The notes beneath the pieces are model-generated. The model worked only from the letters and a program-made list of their open reading frames with translations. It was not told where the DNA came from and made no database searches. DNA of 64,000 nucleotides, from positions 635 through 64,634 of the forward strand of contig CAYMXN010000003.1 of NCBI GenBank assembly GCA_964394435.1. The letters are read 5' to 3'. The position numbers and the translations under genes are program-made. The stretch comes from an uncultured Candidatus Saccharibacteria bacterium. GTDB taxonomy: Bacteria; Patescibacteriota; Minisyncoccia; UBA6257; 1-14-0-10-44-23. Below are positions 9,189 to 18,436 of the stretch, one piece after another; positions within the stretch are counted from its first letter, which is position 1; each line of letters starts with the position of its first letter.

Positions 9189-9240
9189 TCAAAAAATCCT
9201 CCCACCTGGTCCTTAACAACCAACGCGGAGGATTTTTTGA
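9189..9240 (+). promoter_or_regulatory. Leader hairpin occluding SD and start codon
   Basis: TCAAAAAATCCTCC (9189-9202) is the exact reverse complement of GGAGGATTTTTTGA (9227-9240). Confidence 0.75.
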
Positions 9241-9590
9241 TGAATACGGTAGAACCCGATGGTGATGTGGAGGTGTGGGTGCGGCGGCTGATGTCTGGGG
9301 AGATGAAGTTTCGATCGCCTCGAGGCTGGCGTGCTGTCGATGGTAGGCTTTGGAAGCTTAAGCCGTACGCTTGGCTAAGGGGAGTGTTGGCGCGCATAAG
9401 TGCTCGACTCGCTGTGCTACCGATCCCGAAGCCATACGCCATATACCACAACGCGATGGGTTTCCTGCTCTGTCTCTGGGAGGGTGATAGTGGATACGTG
9501 TGCACCAACATCATGATTCCCGGGACAAAGATCGAGCTTCTTCTGCATATGCACGACAATCGAGTAGTCGGCATTAAAGTGTGGGAGTAG
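9240..9590 (+). CDS. ORFan (SD-led unit)
   Basis: GGAGG-attttttg-ATG; TAG stop; hairpin TGCGGCGATCGT..ACGGTCGCCGCA plus T-rich tail. Confidence 0.65.
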   Translation: MNTVEPDGDVEVWVRRLMSGEMKFRSPRGWRAVDGRLWKLKPYAWLRGVLARISARLAVLPIPKPYAIYHNAMGFLLCLWEGDSGYVCTNIMIPGTKIELLLHMHDNRVVGIKVWE

Positions 9591-9699
9591 TCTCGCACTC
9601 GTTTTGCGGCGATCGTCTAACGGTCGCCGCATTTTCATTTTCTTTATAAGTAAATAAAAAATCGCCGATGCACGCAGGGTGCGCATCGGCGGAAACAGA

Positions 9700-9900
9700 C
9701 TACGGGTTCGGGAAGAGCTCCGGGTGGTCGGTCAGGCACGTGTAGTGCCGCTGACCTTCGAAGGGGGAGCGGAGAACCACGCGCGTCGGAGCGGCGCCGC
9801 GGGGTTCGGTCTTGAAGAGGACTTCCGCTCCCGCCCGGGCCATGTCGATGCCGCTACCCTCGGTGATGGTGATCGGGTGTTCACGCGAACCGTCTTCCAT
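9700..9900 (-). CDS. ORFan, 66 aa (SD-led unit)
   Basis: GGAGG-attcct-ATG; TACACT -10; terminator CGCCGATGC..GCATCGGCG plus T-run. Confidence 0.65.
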   Translation of the reverse strand: MEDGSREHPITITEGSGIDMARAGAEVLFKTEPRGAAPTRVVLRSPFEGQRHYTCLTDHPELFPNP

Positions 9901-9989
9901 AGGAATCCTCCAGGAGAAAAGGACCTCAACGAGTGTAAGCCAAATGTGCCAAAAAGAAAAGTGCCCAGCGCCACCTTGGTGGCGCTGGG

Positions 9990-10238
9990 CTAATCGTCTC
10001 GAGAACTGGAGTTCGGGAGACGAAGAATCGGAGCGGGAGGCTGCTTGGGCGGGTATCGCTCATCGGGGTGGGGAAAGTTCCGATCGCAATCCATACAGTA
10101 CGTTCGCCAACCCCAGAAGCGATTTCCCTCGATCGTGTAGCAGTGCGTGCACTCCGGTTCGTTGTTCGTAATGAAGATCCGTCGGAAGAAGATCGCGTAC
10201 AACCTCCTTCCCCAAACGCGGAAAAAGAATCTCATCAA
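9990..10238 (-). CDS. ORFan with CxHC..CxxC putative zinc finger (SD-led unit)
   Basis: TCGACA-N17-TATTAT; GGAGG-atac-TTG ATG; terminator GCCCAGCGCCACC/GGTGGCGCTGGGC. Confidence 0.65.
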   Translation of the reverse strand: MMRFFFRVWGRRLYAIFFRRIFITNNEPECTHCYTIEGNRFWGWRTYCMDCDRNFPHPDERYPPKQPPAPILRLPNSSSRDD

Positions 10239-10340
10239 GTATCCTCCGGGAACTTATAATAATCTATCTGTGCACATCTGTCGATATAAAAACACCCAAG
10301 GCGCTCGTGGTGAGCATCTTGGGTGCGGAGTTTTCGTAAG

Positions 10341-10661
10341 CTATCGCTTTTGCCAGGTAATTTCCTGAATGAAATATTTGGCGTTGTCAGGAATAAAGCT
10401 CCAGACAATCAGCGGCATCTCTCCTTGGTGTTGTAGGTTGAGCAGGGCTTCGCGCCACTCTCTATCGCGCATCCGCTTTCCTTCAAGCAAGCCAGCTTGG
10501 AGTCCTTCTTCATAGCCGTTCGCTTGGCCACGAGCTTCAGCCTCTCGCTCTTTCGTAGTGAGCTCCCAATAGGTGTACTGTTTGCTGTAATCTTTGTGCT
10601 CGCAGGCATAGGAGCTGAAGAGCATACCCCAGAAAAACGCCACAATCGTCGCTACGCGCAT
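10341..10661 (-). CDS. ORFan, probable lipoprotein (SD-led unit)
   Basis: TTGCGG-N17-TAGGTT; GGAG-acacct-ATG; hydrophobic N-terminus then SYAC; terminator CACCCAAG..CTTGGGTG plus T-run. Confidence 0.65.
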   Translation of the reverse strand: MRVATIVAFFWGMLFSSYACEHKDYSKQYTYWELTTKEREAEARGQANGYEEGLQAGLLEGKRMRDREWREALLNLQHQGEMPLIVWSFIPDNAKYFIQEITWQKR

Positions 10662-10754
10662 AGGTGTCTCCAGAAAGTTCTATCCCCAACCTAGCAAAAG
10701 CTCAATATTTCCGCAAATAAAAATCCCGCTGAAATCATTTGATCGCAGCGGGTA

Positions 10755-10967
10755 CTAATCGGTACTTCCGTCAGACGCTTCGCAGTCGCAGAATTGGCCT
10801 TGCGTGAACATGTTGCAGCACGCTTGGTGCCAACTGGGCGGACCATATGGCCAGCGCTCGGGTGGTAGGTTTGGCTTCAGCTGTGATCCTCCAGGGATTT
10901 GATAGTCGTCGTCGCGCGGACCAGTCCAGCGCAACGGATTACCACTCCCAGCTGTCGAATTTTGCAT
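10755..10967 (-). CDS. Cys-rich ORFan, 70 aa (SD-led unit)
   Basis: TTTACA-N17-TATGTT; GGAGGTG-ctta-ATG; H..CC..CDC; terminator CCCGCTG..CAGCGGG plus T-run. Confidence 0.65.
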   Translation of the reverse strand: MQNSTAGSGNPLRWTGPRDDDYQIPGGSQLKPNLPPERWPYGPPSWHQACCNMFTQGQFCDCEASDGSTD

Positions 10968-11066
10968 TAAGCACCTCCAGCCTCAACATATCAAACGAGT
11001 ACTAAAATGTAAAACCCGCCCAAACCATTCGGTCGGGGCGGGCGCGCGAAGGATGGTGTGTCGGAG

Positions 11067-11501
11067 CTAGTCCGTGCACTCCATCTTGAAGAAGGAGAAT
11101 ATTACCCATGTGGTCAGGATGGTTGTCGCGGTAATCGTGATCCATGTGGGTGGCGACCAGAAGCCAACTCCGGCAACGAATCCAATACAACCAACGATCA
11201 TTAAGGCGATCCCCGCAAGGCCGTGGATTACATGGACGAAACGGTTGGTTTCTGCGTGATTTCGATCATTGGAATTGTGATCTTTCAGCTCGCCTCGACT
11301 CCATTTTAGCAAGTAATAACCACCGATCATGCTGGCTGCGCTCACGAGAAGGCAGAGCAGGTCGAGCCCGATCTGAGCAGGCCTCGAGGTGGCCGGTATC
11401 ACTTTATGGATGATGGGAATGAGCGGCGTCCCCATGACGATAATGACGTAGAGTGCGAAGAATACTGCGGTTCGCAGAGAATCAACCTTAGCCTTGGTCA
11501 C
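11067..11501 (-). CDS. Four-TM membrane ORFan (SD-led unit)
   Basis: TTGCCG-N17-TAGGTT; GGAG-aaaacac-GTG; four hydrophobic segments; terminator CCCGCCC..GGGCGGG-TTTT. Confidence 0.7.
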   Translation of the reverse strand: MTKAKVDSLRTAVFFALYVIIVMGTPLIPIIHKVIPATSRPAQIGLDLLCLLVSAASMIGGYYLLKWSRGELKDHNSNDRNHAETNRFVHVIHGLAGIALMIVGCIGFVAGVGFWSPPTWITITATTILTTWVIFSFFKMECTD

Positions 11502-11580
11502 GTGTTTTCTCCAGAGAAGGGTCAGCCCTCAACCTAGCAAATCCCTTTCTTTTCGGCAATCTTCGGGCGATAATAGGCGT

Positions 11581-14500
11581 ATGAGTTTCGAGCAGCAGCT
11601 CAAAAAACTAAACAAAGCCCAGCGGGAAGCGGTCGATACGATCGAGGGCCCGGTAATGGTGGTTGCGGGCCCGGGTACGGGTAAAACCCAGGTGCTGACT
11701 TTGCGTATCGCGAATATCATCAAGCAAACTGATACGCCTCCTGAAAGTATTTTAGCGTTGACATTTACCGAGTCCGCGGTGGCGGCGATGCGCAAACGAT
11801 TAGTGGAGGTGATGAGTGTTTCGACTCGAAGCACTACACAGCGTGATGCAGGCGGAGAGGCGTATCGCGTTTCGATCAAAACCATTCACGGGTTTTGTAA
11901 CGATATTATCCAAGACTATCCGGAAGAGTTTGCCGCAATCGCCGGAGCGACCAATATCACCGAGGTCGAACAGATTGATCTGATGCGCGAACTGCTTGAT
12001 GCCGGCGAATACGAACTCCTCCGTCCATTTGGCGACCCATACCGCAATATCAGAGATATCCTTGGTGCGATTGGCGACTTAAAACAAGAGGGCGTGCTGC
12101 CGGAAGATTTTGAGAAAATAGTGAAGGCCGAACAAAAACAATTCGACCTGATCGAAGATTTGTACAATGAGAGCGGGGCGTATAAAGGAAAGATGAAGGG
12201 TAAGTATCAGACCTTACAAAAACAAATCGCTAAGCACGCTGAAATCGCGCGCGTGTATACGGCGTATCAAAAAGAGCTCCGCAAACGGAAAAGCTATGAC
12301 TACGACGATATGGTGGTCGAGGTCGCTAAGGAGCTCGAGACAAACGAATCGCTTCTTTTGACCCTCCAAGAAAAGTACTTGTACGTATTAGTCGACGAGC
12401 ATCAAGATACCAACTCGAGTCAAAATAAAGTCATCGAACTTCTCGCAAGCTACGACGAACATCCAAACTTATTTGTCGTAGGTGATGAAAAGCAGGCGAT
12501 TTATCGTTTTCAGGGTGCGAGCGTAGAAAACTTTACCTACTTCCAAACGAAATTTAAAAAAGCCAAAATAATCGCGCTCACTGAAAACTATCGTTCACAC
12601 CAAACAATTCTTGATGCCGCCGTCGATGTCGCGCTCGGCAAAGGTCCGCTCAATGCAAACGTAAGTCATACGACTAAACCAATCCAGTTAGTCGCGCTTA
12701 GCCAGCCCGATGGCGAGCAGTACTTTATCGCGAGCGATATCAAAGAAAAAATAGAAAAGGGAGTAGCCCTCGAAGAAATCGCTGTGCTGTATCGAACTAA
12801 TAGCGATGCGGCTCCAATCGCCCGTATCTTAGAAAAGATGGGTGTTCCATTTGCCGTACAGTCTGATGAAGATGTGCTTGAGGATGATGATATGAAAAAG
12901 GCGCTGTGTCTGCTCGAGGCGGTGCGCGATTTTGGCCATGACTACGCTCTCGTCCCAGCTCTCTATATCGACTTCCTCGCCATCGCTCCGCTTGATGTCG
13001 CGCTCTTGCTCGAAGCCGCGCGCATGCAACGTTCAAAGATATTCCCGCTTGTTCGCGATCCAAAGATTCTCGAGCGCATTATCCCGCACTCTGGACGGAA
13101 AGTATTTGAGCTGTATCAAAAGCTCTCCCTCTGGAAGGCGATGAGTAAAAACCGCAACCCCGTTGAAGTCTTTGAGGCGATCGTGCGCGACAGTGGCTTA
13201 GTAAGTCATCTGCTCAAACTTCCAAACGCACAAGAAAAGCTGGCTAAGCTCCACGCACTATTTGATGAGCTCAAGAGTCTCGTGCGCAGTAAGCACAAGA
13301 CCACGCTCGAAGATTTTTTAAACCACCTTGAGATTATCCGTGAGCACCGCATTCGCATAAAAGCAAAAATCGCTGGTGCAAAACCATCCGCCGTTTCATT
13401 AATGACCGCTCACCGAGCGAAAGGGCTCGAGTTTGAGTACGTCTATATTACGGGTGCGACGCTCGGCCACTGGGGGAGTCGGCGCAACCGTGATTTTGTA
13501 AAATTGCCCGAAGCGATTTACTTCCGCTCGGGGATGGCTAAAGTAGAAGCGTCTACAGAAACCTCGAGCGAGCAAGGCGAAGAGGACGAGCGCAACTTAT
13601 TCTATGTCGCCCTTACTCGTGCGAAAAAAGAGGCGTATATAAGCTACGCAAAGAAAAATATCGATGGTAAAGATGAGCTCGTGAGTGAGTTTGTTTCAAG
13701 TATCCGCCCCGAGCTTATCGAGCAGGTAAAAACCGAAAAGATTGAAGCAGCGTTTGCTGCGCATCGCGACATCGAGTTTGTCGCCACGCCACAGCCGGAA
13801 AAGAGTACGACTGACGCCGCGTATCAAGAGTTTCTACAAAAGCGTTTTAAGGAAAAGGGGCTTTCAGTTTCTGCACTTAATACCTATCTCCGCTGTCCGC
13901 AGCAGTTTTTGCTCGTACATCTCGTTGGTATCCCCGAGGCGCCGAGTAAGTTTCTGCAATATGGAAACGCGGTCCACGCCGCACTGAAGTTTTTAAGCGA
14001 CAAACGAAAAGAGGGCGTCACCAAGGCGCAGGTAAGCAAGGTATTTCAAAACGCACTGAAGCGCGAGCCAATCAACGAGCGCGACTTAATAGACTTATTA
14101 AAGAAAGGCGAAAAAGCCCTCGGCAGTTATTACGACCGCAACTATAAAGCCTGGCCAGTTAACTCACTCGCCGAACAGTCAGTCTATGGCGTGCAAGTGG
14201 GTGATGTAGAACTCAAAGGTAAAATCGACCGCATTGATATTAATGAAGACGGCACCGCAACGGTTATCGACTATAAGACGGGCAAGGTAAAGAGCAGAAA
14301 TGAAATCGCAGGGACAACGAAAGATGCTGACGGCGATTACTATCGTCAGCTCGTGTTCTATAAGTTATTACTCGAGAAGAGCGGTAAATATCAGGTGAAG
14401 GAGGGGGCGATCGACTTTGTCGAGGCCGACGCGAAGGGGAAGTTCCACAGAGAAATCTTCGCCCCGTCCGACAAGGAGGTTGCCGACCTTGAGGAGCTGA

Positions 14501-14586
14501 TTAAAGAAGTCGCTCAAAAAATCCTCGCTGGGGAGTTTGAGGGGTGCGGCGAAAAAGATTGTAAATATTGCGAGCTCGCTTTATAA
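11581..14586 (+). CDS. UvrD/PcrA-family helicase with C-terminal PD-(D/E)XK nuclease
   Basis: AGPGTGKT, VDEHQD, VGDEKQAIY.FQGA, ENYRS, TAHRAKGLEF, YVALTRA; C-terminal GKIDRID..IDYKTG and C..C.YC; start set at ATG 11581 after GATAAT. Confidence 0.92.
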   Translation: MSFEQQLKKLNKAQREAVDTIEGPVMVVAGPGTGKTQVLTLRIANIIKQTDTPPESILALTFTESAVAAMRKRLVEVMSVSTRSTTQRDAGGEAYRVSIKTIHGFCNDIIQDYPEEFAAIAGATNITEVEQIDLMRELLDAGEYELLRPFGDPYRNIRDILGAIGDLKQEGVLPEDFEKIVKAEQKQFDLIEDLYNESGAYKGKMKGKYQTLQKQIAKHAEIARVYTAYQKELRKRKSYDYDDMVVEVAKELETNESLLLTLQEKYLYVLVDEHQDTNSSQNKVIELLASYDEHPNLFVVGDEKQAIYRFQGASVENFTYFQTKFKKAKIIALTENYRSHQTILDAAVDVALGKGPLNANVSHTTKPIQLVALSQPDGEQYFIASDIKEKIEKGVALEEIAVLYRTNSDAAPIARILEKMGVPFAVQSDEDVLEDDDMKKALCLLEAVRDFGHDYALVPALYIDFLAIAPLDVALLLEAARMQRSKIFPLVRDPKILERIIPHSGRKVFELYQKLSLWKAMSKNRNPVEVFEAIVRDSGLVSHLLKLPNAQEKLAKLHALFDELKSLVRSKHKTTLEDFLNHLEIIREHRIRIKAKIAGAKPSAVSLMTAHRAKGLEFEYVYITGATLGHWGSRRNRDFVKLPEAIYFRSGMAKVEASTETSSEQGEEDERNLFYVALTRAKKEAYISYAKKNIDGKDELVSEFVSSIRPELIEQVKTEKIEAAFAAHRDIEFVATPQPEKSTTDAAYQEFLQKRFKEKGLSVSALNTYLRCPQQFLLVHLVGIPEAPSKFLQYGNAVHAALKFLSDKRKEGVTKAQVSKVFQNALKREPINERDLIDLLKKGEKALGSYYDRNYKAWPVNSLAEQSVYGVQVGDVELKGKIDRIDINEDGTATVIDYKTGKVKSRNEIAGTTKDADGDYYRQLVFYKLLLEKSGKYQVKEGAIDFVEADAKGKFHREIFAPSDKEVADLEELIKEVAQKILAGEFEGCGEKDCKYCELAL

Positions 14587-14722
14587 CGTGCTTCGCAATT
14601 CGGTATAAAAAACGGCGCGCTAGGTGCGTAAGATGTGAGGATACTTTACAAAAATCAGTATTTGTATTATATTATGTGGACTTCTCGCGGGGTAGTCTCG
14701 TGAGATGTGGAGCGTCTAAACG

Positions 14723-15211
14723 ATGCGAAAGTTCCTGACGGTGTTCTGTTTGCTCGCGGTTGTCGTGGGTGTGGCCTACGCCGCTGGCGGGTTCGACCAG
14801 TGGGGCTACAACGACCAGGCTCGGGTCTTCAATGGCCCGGCCGACGGCGTGGACCGCAACAACGACGGGCTGATGTGGGGCGATCCCACGTACGCCAACG
14901 ACAAGCTGAACATGAAGTGGTCCGAGGACTGGATCCGCGGCAACGACGAGGGCTGGACCAACCCGCCCTACGCCGACGCCTGGACGTCCAACCACTGGAA
15001 CGGCAAGGTCAAGAACGGCTCCGGCGAGACCTGGCAGTACAAGATCGTCTGGGTCGGCCCGGAGCTCTCGGCGAGCACGTACTGGCGTCCGGGTGGCTAC
15101 GCCATCTGGGGGCAGTTCGAGGTGATCATGAGCCACGGCACGGTGGCCAACGAGCACTTCTGGGACGCGCACGCGCGGCCCACCGGCTACGGCTGGAACG
15201 GCGGCAACTAG
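14723..15211 (+). CDS. High-GC secreted Trp/Gly/Asn-rich protein (SD-led unit)
   Basis: TTTACA-N17-TATTAT; GGAG before ATG; signal peptide; nearly all third positions G/C. Confidence 0.8.
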   Translation: MRKFLTVFCLLAVVVGVAYAAGGFDQWGYNDQARVFNGPADGVDRNNDGLMWGDPTYANDKLNMKWSEDWIRGNDEGWTNPPYADAWTSNHWNGKVKNGSGETWQYKIVWVGPELSASTYWRPGGYAIWGQFEVIMSHGTVANEHFWDAHARPTGYGWNGGN

Positions 15212-15241
15212 GCAGCACTCGGCGTGTAAAGCGCTTCAGCG

Positions 15242-15290
15242 AAAGGGGCAACCCTTTATGGCTGGATCCTTCGGGGTCCAGTCATTTTTA
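15242..15290 (+). terminator. Tandem hairpins ending in a terminator
   Basis: AAAGGG-GCAA-CCCTTT then TGGCTGGATCC-TTCG-GGGTCCAGTCA-TTTTT. Confidence 0.75.
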
Positions 15291-15396
15291 ATTTACAGCA
15301 CCAACTCTGGAAAATATTGCGGTGTTTTGGGTGGGGATAATTTAAGCAGGGGCGAGGGGTATACTTAAAGCATATCTGTCGGAGAAAACTTTCGGT

Positions 15397-18135
15397 ATGA
15401 CCATTTCACAACTGGTTAGACGCCGCCGGTTATTCACCTTCGTCTTCACGATCGCCAGTTTTATATTGTCCTTATCGGTAGTTCGAGGAGCTACTACAAT
15501 GTATGAAATTACCAATGCCGGCGTTGCCGGCAATATTTTTGGCGGAAATTCAGGAACGGTAAGTGATATTATCTCGCAAAAATATGTCGCACCAGAAAAT
15601 CAAACACTGTGCACGGTATATCTAAAGGTGTATCGCATTAGCGCCGGCATCACAAAGCCAAGTTTGGTCTTAAGAGTTCGTCAGGGTGGTGGTCCGATAG
15701 ATGGGGAGCAAATCAGTATGGTTTCTGTGCCAGCCACTTCGCTCCCAACCAGCCTAGGTGCGTATGTTCCTTTTGTACTTCCAAGTTGTGTTTCACTAAC
15801 TGCCGGCACTACGTATTGGTTTACCTTTGAAAATTTTGAGCAGCCATATGTGACATCGTTTGGATATTATGTCGCCGGGTATCGTAATAGTGATCAGTAT
15901 AGCTACTCCTCGCAATGGCTAAGAACGTGTTCGGCGTGTGTCCCAGGGTACGCGCTCGTTGAAAATACAAATCGCGAGTGGGGGCTCAAGTTTGAGGGCC
16001 CCGACCCACTCCCGACAGTTTCAGATTTAAAGCAATCAAGACTTGATGGCACGACCGCTCTCGCCGAAGATGAAAAGCTTGATCAAGGCGAGCTAGTCTT
16101 AAGTGCAAAAATAAGTAGTCCATTTAATAAAAAGCTGAAGCTCGAAGTCTCAATCGAAGAAGCGTCGAGCGCGCCAGCCATATATAGTAGCGAACTGATT
16201 GACTCGGGTGGCGTCGCAAGTATCACGCTTCACAACTTCCCCGACGGGGATTATCTCTGGCGCGCCCGAACAGTTGATATAGATGGCGCCACTTCCTCGT
16301 GGACTTCATTTGGTGCGCCGGAGGTGCAAGACTTTCGTATTCACCGCACGCCGATTATCATCGTCCCGGGTATTTTAGGCACATATCTCGGCCAAGGAGA
16401 TGATTTACTTTGGGCGAACCTCGCGCGAATGCTTCTTGATGTCAATGACGAGTTTTTAAGTACCGGCCTGGCGATGGATAGCGAAGGCAACTCGGTCAAC
16501 AACATCACGGTGGGAGAGGCAATAACGGTAGTTTTAAATCATGTTCCTGGATTCGAAGTAAATACCTTTTTGGATCTTAAGGAGTCATTTAACAATATCC
16601 AATATATTCAAGATAAAAATCTCTTCTTTTTTCCATACGACTGGCGCGTCGACCTCAACATAACCAAAGACTTACTCAAGCAGAAAATCGACGAGGTAAA
16701 ACAAAAAACTGGCGCTACAAAGGTAGATATTATTGCGCACAGTATGGGCGGCTTGCTGACTAAAAACTATCTTAATCTGTACGGTAAAGAGAGTATTGAT
16801 AAGCTCATCTTTGTTGGTACGCCCCACTTAGGCGCACCCAAGGCGGCGAAAACGCTCTTAGTTGGCGAGCGCTTTGATATTCCGATGCTCGCCGACTCGG
16901 CGATGCGGTCTCTCGCTCTTAACGCTCCAGCGGTATACGAGCTCTTGCCGGGCCAAACCTATTTCAATCAGGCCCAAGGATATATCAAAACAAAAGGCTC
17001 AACTGATGTGCTTGGTTATTCTGCCACTAAAGATTTCCTAGTGAGTGGCGGAGTAAATTGGAATATTTTAGATAAGACGCAAAACTTTTTTGGTAAAAGC
17101 CTGGAGGAGATGAGCCTCGACGGGATAGACGCGTATAACATCGCCGGCTGTCGGAGCGCGACTCAAGCAGGGTATGAGTTCGGAGCTGACAAGACCGATA
17201 TCGTAGCACTCCGTGAATCTTCGGGCGATGGTACCGTCCCACTCGAGAGCGCTGACTACGTTAACGTTCCGAATAATCACAAGTTTTATTTTAAAGACGC
17301 GACTCACTCAAAGCTTCCAAGCGCTGAATCAGTGCGCAATATAATTTTGAATATTATCAAAGGTGAACAGGTGACACTTCCGAGCGATTTGGCGCAAGGC
17401 GATAGCTCGTTTTGTGATTTTAAAGGTAAAGAGCTCCTCTGGCACAGTCCAGTCGAGGTGCACGTCTATGACGAGCTGGGTAATCACACCGGGCCAACAG
17501 AAAACAATGTAATCGAGTACAATATCCCGGGAGTGGAGTACCAGATTGTCGGGCACAACAAGTTCATCTTCTTGCCAACCGACACGGGCCACGTATATCG
17601 TATCGTCTCGCACGGTACTGATGCGGGCACCTTTGATTTATTTGTGCGAGAAAATAACAATGGCGAGATCGCGTCGACCAAGCTCTATAACGACATCCCA
17701 ATAACTACGAGTAGCAATATGGAGTTTAGTCTCTCGAGTGAGAGCGTGGATAACGAAATAACTATTAGCGATGGCGAAGAAGCGACGCGGGTAATCACCG
17801 CCGTGGCCGCACAGGGGATGGCTGATGGTGACGTGGTAATCACAACAACGCCGACCCCAACCGAGTCAGCAGCGAGTACGACCGAAGAGGTTTTGTCAGA
17901 GCCAGCGGCGCCAGCACCACAAACGAATACCATAACAGGTGGGGGCGGAGGTGGCGGTACATATTATTACGCCTCACCAGCTCCAGAGGGGCAGGTGTTA
18001 GGAGCTTCGATTGGATTTGCCGATAGCGCAGAGCTTAAGCGCAAAGCGCTCCTTGAGCAGATCGTAGTCATTCTTCAGCAGATTATCAGTCTACTTAGGC
18101 AACAGCTCCAAATTAAAACCAATATAGTATACTAA
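15397..18135 (+). CDS. Large secreted alpha/beta-hydrolase (LCAT/PGAP1-like lipase/acyltransferase)
   Basis: PIIIVPGILG, FPYDWR, IAHSMGGL, GTPHLGAP, GDGTVP, H..LP; extra N- and C-terminal beta domains. Confidence 0.85.
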   Translation: MTISQLVRRRRLFTFVFTIASFILSLSVVRGATTMYEITNAGVAGNIFGGNSGTVSDIISQKYVAPENQTLCTVYLKVYRISAGITKPSLVLRVRQGGGPIDGEQISMVSVPATSLPTSLGAYVPFVLPSCVSLTAGTTYWFTFENFEQPYVTSFGYYVAGYRNSDQYSYSSQWLRTCSACVPGYALVENTNREWGLKFEGPDPLPTVSDLKQSRLDGTTALAEDEKLDQGELVLSAKISSPFNKKLKLEVSIEEASSAPAIYSSELIDSGGVASITLHNFPDGDYLWRARTVDIDGATSSWTSFGAPEVQDFRIHRTPIIIVPGILGTYLGQGDDLLWANLARMLLDVNDEFLSTGLAMDSEGNSVNNITVGEAITVVLNHVPGFEVNTFLDLKESFNNIQYIQDKNLFFFPYDWRVDLNITKDLLKQKIDEVKQKTGATKVDIIAHSMGGLLTKNYLNLYGKESIDKLIFVGTPHLGAPKAAKTLLVGERFDIPMLADSAMRSLALNAPAVYELLPGQTYFNQAQGYIKTKGSTDVLGYSATKDFLVSGGVNWNILDKTQNFFGKSLEEMSLDGIDAYNIAGCRSATQAGYEFGADKTDIVALRESSGDGTVPLESADYVNVPNNHKFYFKDATHSKLPSAESVRNIILNIIKGEQVTLPSDLAQGDSSFCDFKGKELLWHSPVEVHVYDELGNHTGPTENNVIEYNIPGVEYQIVGHNKFIFLPTDTGHVYRIVSHGTDAGTFDLFVRENNNGEIASTKLYNDIPITTSSNMEFSLSSESVDNEITISDGEEATRVITAVAAQGMADGDVVITTTPTPTESAASTTEEVLSEPAAPAPQTNTITGGGGGGGTYYYASPAPEGQVLGASIGFADSAELKRKALLEQIVVILQQIISLLRQQLQIKTNIVY

Positions 18136-18139
18136 CCAT

Positions 18140-18424
18140 ATGAGCCTCAAAAAAATATTTATTTGGTTTTCAGTAATTCCAGTCCTTTTAAGTTTTCTTA
18201 ATAAGGAAATTACTTCTATTAATTTCTTACCATTAGCCCATAAATATCTTAATGAGATAACATTTACGGCCCTCGCCATCGCTGGGCTAAACTGCCTCTA
18301 CATTCTCTATCGTAACTATAAGACAGAGAAAAGCTTCGGCTGGTATGTTTTCGCCACCTTTATGGCGATTATCTTCTTTGGCTACCTTTGGTTCGGCTAC
18401 CAACTCTCCCACGCCGGGTTCTAG
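18140..18424 (+). CDS. Small membrane protein
   Basis: Three hydrophobic segments; AT-rich. Confidence 0.6.
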   Translation: MSLKKIFIWFSVIPVLLSFLNKEITSINFLPLAHKYLNEITFTALAIAGLNCLYILYRNYKTEKSFGWYVFATFMAIIFFGYLWFGYQLSHAGF

Positions 18425-18436
18425 ATATAAACTAAA

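Noticed and set aside
9103-11560. Classical integron/CALIN or CRISPR array
   Set aside because: Spacers are unrelated terminator hairpins plus promoters; no conserved attC ends, identical repeats, intI or cas genes seen.
14672-15291. Overlapping ORFs 14672(-) and 14707(+)
   Set aside because: By-products of high GC3 in the real gene 14723..15211.
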